Both the position numbers and the translations under genes were made by a program. 56,332 bases of DNA, from the NCBI GenBank assembly GCA_041178085.1, contig JBEGVZ010000048.1, forward strand, positions 1 through 56,332. Direction: 5' to 3'. Positions 1-9,629 of this stretch are shown here, piece after piece. The notes under the pieces were generated by a model. That model ran no database searches, had not been told where the DNA came from, and saw only the letters and a list, made by a program, of their open reading frames with translations. This stretch comes from Pseudomonadota bacterium. Its GTDB lineage: Bacteria; Bdellovibrionota_B; Oligoflexia; Oligoflexales; RGVZ01. Within the stretch, counting starts at the first letter, position 1. The number at the start of each line of letters is the position of its first letter.

Positions 1-149
1 TGGGTATTGTAAACCGACACGCTGCCCTGCAGCGATGTTTCCGGGTAGTTGGCTTCATCGGACCGGTTGCATGGGATCGACGCGAAAGCAGGGCCCGCGG
101 TTGCAATGGCCACAAGCAAAGTTGCGCCTAGATTGATTAGCTGTCTCAT
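1..149 (-). CDS. 5' part of a secreted hypothetical protein (runs off window)
   Basis: ATG at 149 with AAGGAG RBS upstream; reads MRQLINLGATLLVAIATAGPAFA-SIPCNRSDEANYPETSLQGSVSVYNT, a Sec signal peptide with an AFA cleavage site; not in the ORF track. Confidence 0.7.
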   Translation of the reverse strand, partial: MRQLINLGATLLVAIATAGPAFASIPCNRSDEANYPETSLQGSVSVYNT

Positions 150-398
150 AAAAACTCCTTGGTTGAGGGGGGGCGTGCCTTGTACCCATTGGGCATCAAG
201 CTTTTCCGCCCGGTTGCGGGGTGGTCTAACACTGTGGGAAATCATTCTTTAAATGGATAAAAATGATCTCGTGGATTGGATAAATGGATGTTTTGGATAT
301 TGCTTAAAGTGATGCGAAGAAGTCTGATTATCGATTAAATAAAACATTTATGCTTCCGTAATACTGATTGTGAAGTCACAGGAGGGAGGTATTCCATC

Positions 399-1304
399 AT
401 GGCTATCGCAAGACGTGTGTTTCTGTTTATAGCAGTCAACTTGCTGGTCGTCCTGACCATTTCGGTGACGATGAGTGTCCTGGGGATCGCGCCATATTTG
501 AGCGCACGCGGGATTGACTACCAGTCACTCGCCATCTTCTGCTTGATGTGGGGTATGGGCGGTGCATTCATCTCGCTCGCTTTATCCCGCGTCCTTGCGA
601 AGTGGATGATGCGTGTGCAGGTGATTGATCCGAAAAAACCTGGTTCAACGGCTTTGGCGCGCATACACCAGAAGGTCCAGCACTTCGCCACCATGGCGAA
701 CCTGCCGGCGATGCCGGAGGTCGGGATTTATGACAGCCCGGAGATCAATGCGTTCGCGACAGGGCCGACGAAAAGCCGGGCGCTGGTAGCGGTCTCTACG
801 GGACTGCTGCACAGCATGAATGATGAGGAAGTCGACGGGGTCATCGCCCACGAGGTTGCCCATATCGCCAACGGCGACATGGTGACCATGACTTTGGTGC
901 AGGGCGTCGTCAATGCCTTCGCCATGTTCTTGTCGCGTATTGCTGCATGGACGATTTCGCAAGGTGTGCGTGAAGAGATGCGCGGTACCGTCAACCTGAT
1001 CGCGACGATTGCCTTTGACTTCCTGCTGTCATTCCTTGGGTCAATCGGTGTCGCGGCGTTCTCGCGTTACCGGGAATTCCGGGCAGACGCTGATGGTGCG
1101 CGCCTTGCCGGGCGCGGCAAGATGATCGCTGCCCTGGAAGCCTTGCGCAGAAATGCTGACCTTCGCGGTCGTGGCGAGCGCGAGGAAGCACCGGAGGCAA
1201 TCGCCGCATTCCAGATTTCGCCGACCCGCAACAGGGTCTTGTCGCTGTTCTCAACGCACCCGCCCTTGGAAGTCAGGATCGACCGCTTGCGCAGGGCCTT
1301 GTGA
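399..1304 (+). CDS. htpX: Membrane zinc metalloprotease HtpX (M48)
   Basis: NAFATG, HEVAH (HExxH), NGDMVTMTL, SRYREFRAD and FSTHPPL motifs; TM segments; GGAGG RBS. Confidence 0.95.
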   Translation: MAIARRVFLFIAVNLLVVLTISVTMSVLGIAPYLSARGIDYQSLAIFCLMWGMGGAFISLALSRVLAKWMMRVQVIDPKKPGSTALARIHQKVQHFATMANLPAMPEVGIYDSPEINAFATGPTKSRALVAVSTGLLHSMNDEEVDGVIAHEVAHIANGDMVTMTLVQGVVNAFAMFLSRIAAWTISQGVREEMRGTVNLIATIAFDFLLSFLGSIGVAAFSRYREFRADADGARLAGRGKMIAALEALRRNADLRGRGEREEAPEAIAAFQISPTRNRVLSLFSTHPPLEVRIDRLRRAL

Positions 1305-1310
1305 TCACCC

Positions 1311-2585
1311 TCACTGGCCCGTCTCGCCAATTTGCCACCGCCCGCCTGTCACCAGGCGGGCTCCTTTCCCCCAAGTGAAATAAGCCCAGGCCCACTGGAT
1401 CATCACAAAGAGCCGGTTCTTGAAACCAACCAGATAGTAAATGTGGACCAGCAACCAGGCCCACCATGCCAGGGGACCACTCATTCGCAACCCTTTGAAC
1501 TCCGCGATGGCCCTCTTGCGGCCGATCGTTGCCATTTGCCCTTTGTCGGTAAATTTAAATGGCAGTCGCGTCTTTCCCTTCATCGCGCGCAAGATGTTGC
1601 GTGCTGCCCACCGGCCTTGCTGCATGGCAGCCGGCGCCTGTCCTGGCAAAGGAGTGCCATCCGTGTTCTCAAAACGGATCTGGTCACCAATGGCATATAT
1701 GTTGTCTGAGCCCGGGATCGTCAGGTCCTTGTTGACAATGAGGCGACCGATGGGGTCGAGCGGCAGCTCAAGGCGTGCGTTGAACGGGGACGGCTTCACA
1801 CCGGCCGCCCAGATGATGGTGTTTGCTTCCACGGTCTCGTTTCCAAGGGTGACCTTTCCCTCTTGAATTCCCGATACCCGGGTGGATGTCCAGACGGTTA
1901 CCCCAAGGCGTTCAAGGTCGCGCATCGCCTTGCGCGAAAGACGTTCGTCGAATCCGCCAAGGATCCTTGGTTCTGCTTCGATCAAGATGATCCTGGTGTT
2001 GCCGGGATCGATATGGTCGAAATCCCGGCTCAAGGTATGGCGACTTATTTCGCCAAGGGCGCCGGCCAGCTCCACACCGGTCGCGCCACCACCCACCACA
2101 ACGAATGTCTGGAGCATGCGCCGCCGTGCCGGGTCACGCTCGCGCTCGGCAAGTTCGAAAGACAGCAGGACCCGCCGCCTGATTTCGACGGCCTGTTCCA
2201 AAGTCTTGAGCCCGGGGGCGTGTTCCTCCCACTCGCCATGTCCGAAATAACTGTGCGATGCGCCGCAGGCCAGGATCAGGTAGTCGTAGGGTACACGACC
2301 GAAATCACAGATCAGTTGCCGGGCGTCCCGGTCAACTCGTAACGCTTCCCCCATGAGGACTTCGGTGTTGCGGTATTTGGACAACAGTGTGCGGATCGGC
2401 ATGGCGATGTCTGATGGGCTAAGTCCGGCCATGGCAACCTGATAGAGCAGCGGCTGGAACAGGTGGTGGTTGCGGCGGTCGATCACTGTCACCAGCGTAT
2501 CTAGTTCGCGCCCAAGGCGCTTCGCAGCCTCCAGTCCGCCAAACCCTCCGCCCACGATCACCACCCGCGTTAATTTTTCTGTCAT
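1311..2585 (-). CDS. ndh: Type II NADH dehydrogenase (NDH-2)
   Basis: GGGFGG FAD motif, FQPLLYQVA, GGGATGVELAG, IWAAGV, KGQMATIGR. Confidence 0.93.
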   Translation of the reverse strand: MTEKLTRVVIVGGGFGGLEAAKRLGRELDTLVTVIDRRNHHLFQPLLYQVAMAGLSPSDIAMPIRTLLSKYRNTEVLMGEALRVDRDARQLICDFGRVPYDYLILACGASHSYFGHGEWEEHAPGLKTLEQAVEIRRRVLLSFELAERERDPARRRMLQTFVVVGGGATGVELAGALGEISRHTLSRDFDHIDPGNTRIILIEAEPRILGGFDERLSRKAMRDLERLGVTVWTSTRVSGIQEGKVTLGNETVEANTIIWAAGVKPSPFNARLELPLDPIGRLIVNKDLTIPGSDNIYAIGDQIRFENTDGTPLPGQAPAAMQQGRWAARNILRAMKGKTRLPFKFTDKGQMATIGRKRAIAEFKGLRMSGPLAWWAWLLVHIYYLVGFKNRLFVMIQWAWAYFTWGKGARLVTGGRWQIGETGQ

Positions 2586-2638
2586 GGTTAGGGGCCCTCA
2601 TGGCGGGGGGGACACATTCAATCCGCCGATTAGTCATG

Positions 2639-2654
2639 TGGTAACGGCTTTGCT
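2639..2654 (+). promoter_or_regulatory. Putative sigma54 -24/-12 promoter for the papain-like protease
   Basis: TGGTAACGGCTTTGCT gives GG-N10-GC, close to TGGCAC-N5-TTGCW, about 50 nt upstream of ATG 2707. Confidence 0.5.
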
Positions 2655-2706
2655 ATCCTTTCATCGTAGCAAATCCGGAACCAATTCTCAGATGTGGAGT
2701 CCTTCG

Positions 2707-3744
2707 ATGAAGTTGCGTCATGCGTTGAGTATGCTTGCTTTGATGATGCCTCAGACGCTGTTTGCGGCGCGTTACTACACCGGCCTTGTGGTCCCGCTGG
2801 ATGCTGACTACGGCGTTCCGTTCCTGAGCTGGGACAGGGACATCTCGTCGGAACTTCCTGATAACCTGGACCTGCGCGAGGCGGGCCACATCACTGCCGT
2901 GAAAAATCAAGGTTCTTGTGGATCGTGCTGGGCATTTGCCGGGGTTGCCGCGATGGAGTCGGCACTGTTGAAGGCGAATGCCCAGGACCTGGACCTTTCG
3001 GAGCAGGAGCTGGTTTCATGCGACGGTGAATCCAATGGTTGTGGTGGCGGCTGGCAGCCTTTTGGTTACATGGTGAAGAAGGGGATCGGCGCTGAGGCCT
3101 ACTTTCCCTACGCCGGGCGGAACCTTTCCTGCAAACGTATTCCGCCGGTGGCAAAAGCTCTGCGTTGGGCCAATGTCGGCGCACCAGATCGTCGTGCGAC
3201 AGTCGATGAGGCGCGCAAGGCCCTGACGGACTTCGGTGGTCTTTGGGTCAGCGTCGGTGCCAACAGCTATTGGCGCAATGTTGCTGGTGGAACGATCAAT
3301 CGCTGTTCAAACTCCCAGGTCAATCATGCCGTGACTCTGGCAGGATTCCAGAAGAACGACGACAACCCCTCACGCGCTCCATCGTTTCAGTTTCTGGTGA
3401 AGAACAGCTGGGGCAAGGACTGGTCCGAGGACGGATATGTGAAGACCCCGCTTGGTTGCAACAATCTGGGCCGTCATACGTCGTTCGTTGTCCCGGAAGG
3501 GCACGAGTGCACGCCGCCTGAGTTTGGGTTGGCCAAGAAAGTGGTCCTGACTGGGGGCAAGTACGTGGTGCATGCCAAGGGACTCGAGGCCGCCGGAATG
3601 CCCTATTCCTGGTACAAAGTCGGTTCACGGGTTTTCGGCAGTGGCCCCGTCGTAGCTGCTCCGCGCCAAATTGCAGACTACGTCGTCAAGACGAAGAACT
3701 CTTGTGGCGTGTGGACCCAGATGGTCAAGGTCGTTACCCTCTGA
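2707..3744 (+). CDS. Secreted papain-family (C1A) cysteine protease with C-terminal beta-rich extension
   Basis: Start re-assigned to ATG 2707 (GGAG RBS, signal peptide); catalytic QGSCGSCW, NHAV and KNSWG; LSEQELVSCD and GCGGG. Confidence 0.92.
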   Translation: MKLRHALSMLALMMPQTLFAARYYTGLVVPLDADYGVPFLSWDRDISSELPDNLDLREAGHITAVKNQGSCGSCWAFAGVAAMESALLKANAQDLDLSEQELVSCDGESNGCGGGWQPFGYMVKKGIGAEAYFPYAGRNLSCKRIPPVAKALRWANVGAPDRRATVDEARKALTDFGGLWVSVGANSYWRNVAGGTINRCSNSQVNHAVTLAGFQKNDDNPSRAPSFQFLVKNSWGKDWSEDGYVKTPLGCNNLGRHTSFVVPEGHECTPPEFGLAKKVVLTGGKYVVHAKGLEAAGMPYSWYKVGSRVFGSGPVVAAPRQIADYVVKTKNSCGVWTQMVKVVTL

Positions 3745-3750
3745 AACGAG

Positions 3751-3780
3751 AAGCGCCACGGAATCCGTGGCGCTTTTTTT
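3751..3780 (+). terminator. Intrinsic terminator after the protease
   Basis: AAGCGCCACGG-AAT-CCGTGGCGCTT hairpin running into a T tract. Confidence 0.88.
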
Positions 3781-3832
3781 GCTGCGCATGCAGCCGTTCG
3801 CTCATGATGGTTTTAACGACTCTACCGGTTTT

Positions 3833-5221
3833 TCAACCACCCGTGACGGATATGTTGTCGACCAGGACATAGGGGGCAGAGAATCCACCCGAAACATTCT
3901 CTACTTCCAGCGAAGCAGCCTGGATGTGTTTCGCAAGTTCGAAAAAATTGCCTGCGATCATGGTCTCTGTCACCGGGCCGGCATCCTTGCCGTCGACATA
4001 CAAGCGACTCGACTTTGCAACCCCGGAAAAGTCGCCTTTGATCGCGTCTGAATTGCCAGAGAAACGGTCGACCAGCAGAATTTCCCGGCGGGACTTGAGC
4101 AAATCAGCAAGCAGTGCCCCACCCGGCGCAAAAGACATTGCGAACGGTCCGCCCGACATGGCGTTTGAGTGCGTCTTGCAACGTTTGGCCGAGTAGCAGT
4201 CGTGAAGGTGCATCATCAACTTGCCCTGGTCAAAAAGGGTTTGTCGCCTGGTCGGCAAGCCGTCCCCGTCAAACGATGTGGCTCCAGCAAATTCGGCTGT
4301 GTGAGGATCATCACGCAACGTGATCACCGGGCTTGTGACGATCTTGCCGACTTCGTCCTGCCAGCGACTCTTCCCATCCATCACGGCAGCTCCCGACGCG
4401 TGATAAAGCATGAAGCCGGCGAGAAGCTCCTCAACGGCGCGCGGGCTGAACAGGACGACCCCTTTGTACGATGGCGCCTTACGCGGGTGCAGGTTGGCAG
4501 TGACTTTGGTGGCAAAGCTTTCAGCCGTGGCAAGCAAGCGTGGCAGCACGTCCGATGATCGCCAGGCAAACCCGGAGTCATAATCAAAGCCAGAGACTTC
4601 ATCGCCATCGACGCCCATGCCAAAGAAGGACCAGCCGATCATCGTCTGGATCTCGGATTGCGCCACCCCCAGCGAGTTGTAAAGGCCGTGGAAACTGGTC
4701 ACCACACTCATTTCGAACTTGTCGATGGCAACTCTTGAATCTTTCGTGGCTGTCGCCAGCGCCTGCTCCATCCATTCCTGTAGCTGGCCAAGGCCAGTCC
4801 CGGCAGTGTTGGCATCAAACAGGAAATCCAGCCCCCGTGCTCGCGGCGCTTCGTCGCTGCCCGGCATGTTAAGGGCGGGGTCTGCCACAGAGAACGAAGC
4901 GAGCGCCAGGGCATCGTCGGCATTTTTCTTGACGGTCGCGGCACGCACGATGTTGGTGGAAGCGCTGCCTTTCTTCTGGTCCTTGTGGACCAGAAGGGCA
5001 AACTTCTGATCCTCGAGGCTGTTGGCCAGCGAAATTTGCTTGTTTTCCACGACAAGACGGCGGGAAATCGATCCGGATGTCGCAATCTTGATCCGGTCAG
5101 CGCCGCGGTCGATGGCATGGGCCATGGTTTCCCGGGCAAGGGCGTCCATTTCCGCAGCGGTTTTGCGCAGATCTTCTGCAGTCGTTGATTCATCGTGGTT
5201 TTTATTGGTTTGCATGCTCAT
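3833..5221 (-). CDS. pmbA: PmbA/TldE protease subunit
   Basis: FSPRAV, DDP..FDGDG, GDFSG, ETMIAGN; no HExxxH; ATG 5221 overlaps the tldD stop (ATGA). Confidence 0.88.
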   Translation of the reverse strand: MSMQTNKNHDESTTAEDLRKTAAEMDALARETMAHAIDRGADRIKIATSGSISRRLVVENKQISLANSLEDQKFALLVHKDQKKGSASTNIVRAATVKKNADDALALASFSVADPALNMPGSDEAPRARGLDFLFDANTAGTGLGQLQEWMEQALATATKDSRVAIDKFEMSVVTSFHGLYNSLGVAQSEIQTMIGWSFFGMGVDGDEVSGFDYDSGFAWRSSDVLPRLLATAESFATKVTANLHPRKAPSYKGVVLFSPRAVEELLAGFMLYHASGAAVMDGKSRWQDEVGKIVTSPVITLRDDPHTAEFAGATSFDGDGLPTRRQTLFDQGKLMMHLHDCYSAKRCKTHSNAMSGGPFAMSFAPGGALLADLLKSRREILLVDRFSGNSDAIKGDFSGVAKSSRLYVDGKDAGPVTETMIAGNFFELAKHIQAASLEVENVSGGFSAPYVLVDNISVTGG

Positions 5222-6666
5222 CCCTGCCTTCCGCCAACGTTCATCTTGCACCGGATGTATGGACCGCCGGCATCCACTTTGGCCGGCTGGCCCTTCCCAC
5301 AGTAGCCAGTACCAAGGTCCCAGCGGAATTCACTACTGACGGCATCAACGGTTTTGAGGACATCAAAAGCGATACCGGACAGCGTCGCCTCGCGCAGAAG
5401 TTCGGTTTTTTTGCCGTTCTGGATCCGCCAGACGTGCCCGGTTCCGAACATGAACTCACCGTTGCTGTCGGCCTGGCCGCTGCCAGCACCTTCAACGAAA
5501 TAACCGTCCTCGACGCCGGCCATCATTTCGTCAAGCCTGGATGTCCCGGGCAGCAAGTAAGTGTTGCGCATGCGGATCAAGGGCTCGTCATTGAATAGCC
5601 ATGCGCGGGAATTTCCAGTCGGGGCAACGCCAAATTCCGCGGCTGTCTCGCGGTTGTGCAGATACGAGACCAGTTTGCCGTCCTTGATGATTGTGGTGGT
5701 TCCGGTCTCGACCCCTTCGTCGTCGAAAGGCAGGTTGCCGACTGCGTAACCGGCGATGGTTTCCCTTCCGGTATCGGCCATGTTGACCAGTGGAGATGCG
5801 ACCTCTGTGCCAAGCTTGCCCTGCGCCACTGACCCGGACTTCACGAAGTCCGCTTCCACTGTGTGGCCAATCGCTTCGTGGCAGAGCAGGCCTACCACCG
5901 CGGGTGACAAAATCACCGTTTTTTTGCCGCCCTCTGGATACTTTGCGGCCAGCAGGTCAACGGCGGTTTTTGCGGTTTCCTCGACCACGTTGACCAGCGA
6001 CGGATGATCGTAAAGGCAGGTCCAGCCGCCGGACACGCCTGCGCCGCGGCCACTGGTGGCGCGTTCGCCGTCCTTTTCGGCGATGGCAGACAAGGAAAAT
6101 TCCGGCAGCGCGATGCGCGCGCTGGCATTGGCGCCGTCTGAAGTGACGACCACCTTTTCCTCAAGGAGTTCGTTGTAACGGCAACGGGCCGTATGCACGG
6201 ACTTCGAAGCCCGCGCCAGCTGTTGCTCGAACTTGATCACTGCGCCCAGTTTGTCTGCAATGGGCATGTCGATCAGTTCATCAAAACCTGGTCCCTTCCA
6301 GTCGGTCACGGCAAGCTTGCCCTTCTGCAGGGGAATTTCCCTCTTTCCACGGCTGGCGACAATCGCCTGCGCGTTGCGCCGTGCCTGTTCGACAGCCCGC
6401 GCAATGGACGATTCGTCGACTTTTGCGGTGGCAGCAAAGCCCCAGGCTCCGTCGACCAGTGCCCGTACGCCGACCCCCTCCACCAGGGAATGGTTGGCCA
6501 CGTCAACGCGGCCCTTTTGGGCCATGAACGAATTGGATTGGCGCTTGTGATAACGGAGCTCCAGATAACCGGATCCTCCAGCCTGCTGGACAATTTTTGT
6601 CAGCAAGGCGCGGATCTCCATGATCCGGCTGGCGTTGTCATTGTCTGTTTGCTTCTTTGCGCCCAT
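5218..6666 (-). CDS. tldD: TldD metalloprotease subunit
   Basis: GVGVRAL..GAWGFA, HEAIGH (HExxGH), FDDEG, RMRNT, CGKGQ; start at ATG 6666 or GTG 6687. Confidence 0.92.
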   Translation of the reverse strand: MGAKKQTDNDNASRIMEIRALLTKIVQQAGGSGYLELRYHKRQSNSFMAQKGRVDVANHSLVEGVGVRALVDGAWGFAATAKVDESSIARAVEQARRNAQAIVASRGKREIPLQKGKLAVTDWKGPGFDELIDMPIADKLGAVIKFEQQLARASKSVHTARCRYNELLEEKVVVTSDGANASARIALPEFSLSAIAEKDGERATSGRGAGVSGGWTCLYDHPSLVNVVEETAKTAVDLLAAKYPEGGKKTVILSPAVVGLLCHEAIGHTVEADFVKSGSVAQGKLGTEVASPLVNMADTGRETIAGYAVGNLPFDDEGVETGTTTIIKDGKLVSYLHNRETAAEFGVAPTGNSRAWLFNDEPLIRMRNTYLLPGTSRLDEMMAGVEDGYFVEGAGSGQADSNGEFMFGTGHVWRIQNGKKTELLREATLSGIAFDVLKTVDAVSSEFRWDLGTGYCGKGQPAKVDAGGPYIRCKMNVGGRQG

Positions 6667-6726
6667 GGCTGCTCCGTTTTCCGGCACTGTTGCCTTGGAT
6701 TTGTGACGCCGTATGCCAGCGCCTGG

Positions 6727-9051
6727 TCAGATACCTTCGATCATTTGCTTGTTTTCTAGCATACACTCCCGGGCCGTGGAATTGGGCGAATTTTCAGCCG
6801 CCGCCGCCCAGGCAGACTGTGCCAGAGCGCCCCGGCCGTCCCGTTCGAGTAATTCCGCAAGGTGCCGGTACCATTCGAATGCAAAGCCCGGAGCTGTCCC
6901 GGCAAGGGTGCGGTCCGGTGTCATCCGTGCGAGTTCTTCGGCTGTGTAGCCGGTGCTTTCTGTTTGATCGCCGTTGTTGAAGGCGGCCCGCACGCGCAGG
7001 TACACCAGGACCCAAGGCTCCGTCGCAGGATTATTTTCCTCTGCGTCCTTTCGCTTGGGCAGGGGCGCCCAGCCGGCAAGGTAATTTCGCCAGTCCTGAG
7101 CCCGTTTGCTGCCGAGTTGTCCGTTCGCAACAAATTGATCCAGCCGCTGGCGGATCACGACTTGACGCGCGAGCGGAGGCGGCAGCGGGTGCTGCCCGTT
7201 CAAGATGGCAAGGCGCGTCAACGGATCGGGAATGGATCCGGCAACTCCTTGATGCGTCAGTCGCATCATGTCGCTGGCCAGGATCCGGAATTCAATCGAT
7301 TCCTCGTCCGGTGGCGGCCATGATGGATCTGCCGGCAGATCGTTCAGGAGCTTTGCCATCCGGGCAGCTCGATCCTGCGGAATACGTTCTTCGAATGCAG
7401 AACGGGCCTGACGGCGCGCCACCATGAGCAGATAGCCGGGGTCGTTGGTCGCCGTTGCCATTCTACGCAAGTCGTCATCCGAGGGATTTTTGGCCAATCT
7501 GTCCGCGAAAGAATGGGGGCAGACGTCAAAGACGACCCCCCCCGAGCGAAACATGGTCCTTGCCTGTATTTTGGCGGAAAGACCTGGCCTTGCTGTGCGA
7601 TTCAGGTGTTCTTGCCAGGCCGCGACGATCTCCATCGAGTTCGTCGGGTAAACTTCATGCCAGCTTTTACCGGCATAGATGTCCAGGATGGGTTGGACTC
7701 CTTCTTTGCTGATCAGGAATTTGATCAAGGATCCAGCCGTTGTGTAGGCTCGTGGTCCTGACGACAGCCAGAAAGTCCACGGATTGAACAGTGAGACCGG
7801 ATCGGGCACGCGACCCGAATTGAGCAGTTCTGCGGCGGCTTCGTCCAGGGAGATCGTGGCAAACAGGTTGGCATCTGGCGACAAGGCTACGGCCAGCCCT
7901 TCCGTCAAAGCCATGTTGGGATGAAAGCCCAGGCCATGAAATGCCATGCGCGACGTCAAAGCGTGCACCAGTTCGTGGCGCAAGGTCGGGTGGCGTCGTA
8001 ACATCCGCCGCCCTGCCGTGATGTGTATCCCGGCATTGCGCACATCTGTGACGTCAGTTGCTCCACCGCCAAACCATAATTTTTTGGTTCGTGCGTCCGG
8101 ATAGGCAAAGATTTCAACATGCGGATAGATTTGGAGGCCTAGTTTGGCCTTCAGGTCGCGCACATGAAATTGCGCTTCGCGTGCCAGTCTTTTGATGGAG
8201 GGATCATCAAGGTCATGAAAAATGGTGAATCCTTCACCCACGTGGGATTTCGCAAACTGACTTTTCAAAAGCGACAGTCCATGCCCGGTTACCGGTGAAT
8301 GCCAGGTCAAGAGGACGAGTGAAAGCCAGGCGCCCAACAGTAATAACGTCACGGCGAGGCGGCGGAAAAAATGGTGCGAAGAATCGCGTTCGGATGACGC
8401 GGGTGAGTTTGCGCTCAGGGCCGCAAAACCGGCAGCGAGTGCAAGAAAGAGGTGGGCAGCACGGACTTTCCACAGGTCCGGGTGCAGCCAAATCCGCTCG
8501 TCATAGAGCGGGCCGTGGATGAATCCCCAGAACAAGTCCGCGGTGCGCTTTTGCGGCATGATCCAGAGTTTTCCGCCCAGCCACAAGAGCGACAAGAAAA
8601 CTCCCAGGCCCCAGTAAAGAAGACGGATTGCAGGGGAGTTCCCGGTTTTTTTCCCAGCCAGTATCAACAGTTCGCGAAACGCAGCTGCGACAAAAGATGC
8701 GGGAATAGCCTGCAAGCATAGCCACTGCCCATAACCAGATGGGCTGCATGGGCTGAGTCGCAGCGCAAAAATCATCGCACCGGGCAGGGTGAGGCCAGCG
8801 ACAAGCGCAACCGGTTGCAAGATCCACAATGCAAACCCGCGGCATGACTGTGTGGGGGTTGTCGCGAGATTTCGCGCTGCAAGGGCCGTCAGTGGCCAAA
8901 TCAGTGTGATCAGGATCGATGCGATCCAGACGTGTTCGTATTCAAGGTTGCGCCCGGCCGGCAACAACAGGGGCAGGCTTCCCGCAATGATTCCAGCGAA
9001 AAATGCGATGGTCGCCGGTTGCCGGATCAAAGGCCTTGCAGGAATTGCCAT
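6727..9051 (-). CDS. Polytopic membrane protein with a gluzincin-like (peptidase MA) domain
   Basis: About 6-7 N-terminal hydrophobic segments; LRHELVH followed by TEGLAV (HExxH...E); helical C-terminus. Confidence 0.65.
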   Translation of the reverse strand: MAIPARPLIRQPATIAFFAGIIAGSLPLLLPAGRNLEYEHVWIASILITLIWPLTALAARNLATTPTQSCRGFALWILQPVALVAGLTLPGAMIFALRLSPCSPSGYGQWLCLQAIPASFVAAAFRELLILAGKKTGNSPAIRLLYWGLGVFLSLLWLGGKLWIMPQKRTADLFWGFIHGPLYDERIWLHPDLWKVRAAHLFLALAAGFAALSANSPASSERDSSHHFFRRLAVTLLLLGAWLSLVLLTWHSPVTGHGLSLLKSQFAKSHVGEGFTIFHDLDDPSIKRLAREAQFHVRDLKAKLGLQIYPHVEIFAYPDARTKKLWFGGGATDVTDVRNAGIHITAGRRMLRRHPTLRHELVHALTSRMAFHGLGFHPNMALTEGLAVALSPDANLFATISLDEAAAELLNSGRVPDPVSLFNPWTFWLSSGPRAYTTAGSLIKFLISKEGVQPILDIYAGKSWHEVYPTNSMEIVAAWQEHLNRTARPGLSAKIQARTMFRSGGVVFDVCPHSFADRLAKNPSDDDLRRMATATNDPGYLLMVARRQARSAFEERIPQDRAARMAKLLNDLPADPSWPPPDEESIEFRILASDMMRLTHQGVAGSIPDPLTRLAILNGQHPLPPPLARQVVIRQRLDQFVANGQLGSKRAQDWRNYLAGWAPLPKRKDAEENNPATEPWVLVYLRVRAAFNNGDQTESTGYTAEELARMTPDRTLAGTAPGFAFEWYRHLAELLERDGRGALAQSAWAAAAENSPNSTARECMLENKQMIEGI

Positions 9052-9557
9052 GAGCGCGAACCATGCCGGGACATCGAAACCAGGTCACGGCGATGGCGGG
9101 AAACGGCTGTCACCACCTGGCGCGCATGCTCTGGCAGGTTGGGATCGCGAGCGGACAATCGCATCGCCTGGATAACCTTGCCGGCATTGAGGAGCAGATG
9201 CATGACGCGGCTTGAAACTGAGCAATTCATGACCTGCGCAGGATCGAATACCGGTTGTTCGTCGTTAAACAGGCTTGTCTGCTGCGAGCGGGCGAATTCT
9301 TCGGCAGCTTCGTAATCGTGGACGCATTCCGCAAGGGCGTCGTTCTTTACGATGCGAGAGATGAAGGCAAGATTCTCAACGCAGCGCGCAATTTTTTCCA
9401 GCGCTTCGTCCTTGTAGACGCTGGCCTTGTAGTAGGTCGTCTGCTGGCGGATATCGTCGAGTATGTCAGCGGCAAGATCAGACATTTCGACAACGACATC
9501 CCCATAGCGCAGCCGTGTCATCAAAGACCCCCACCGGATGGATTCGACCTGCTTCAA
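9027..9557 (-). CDS. Hypothetical helical protein
   Basis: Co-oriented ORF overlapping the downstream start; TTG 9557 or ATG 9521; no family recognised. Confidence 0.7.
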   Translation of the reverse strand: MKQVESIRWGSLMTRLRYGDVVVEMSDLAADILDDIRQQTTYYKASVYKDEALEKIARCVENLAFISRIVKNDALAECVHDYEAAEEFARSQQTSLFNDEQPVFDPAQVMNCSVSSRVMHLLLNAGKVIQAMRLSARDPNLPEHARQVVTAVSRHRRDLVSMSRHGSRSWQFLQGL

Positions 9558-9629
9558 AACTTGTCTTGTGCGTATGCCTAGATCTTATCAGGAAACGCGT
9601 TTCAACTCACCAGTCGAGCCCGGTTGATT

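Noticed and set aside
251..300. TGGATAA repeats as DnaA boxes / oriC
   Set aside because: They differ from TGTGGATAA at two or more positions, and no dnaA/dnaN/gidA context is present
2470..2706. N-terminal extension of the protease ORF (likewise the extended starts at 11167, 11323, 20486, 21148, 37331, 48024 and 54438)
   Set aside because: These overlap neighbouring genes or promoter regions; downstream starts fit RBS, signal peptide or family N-termini better
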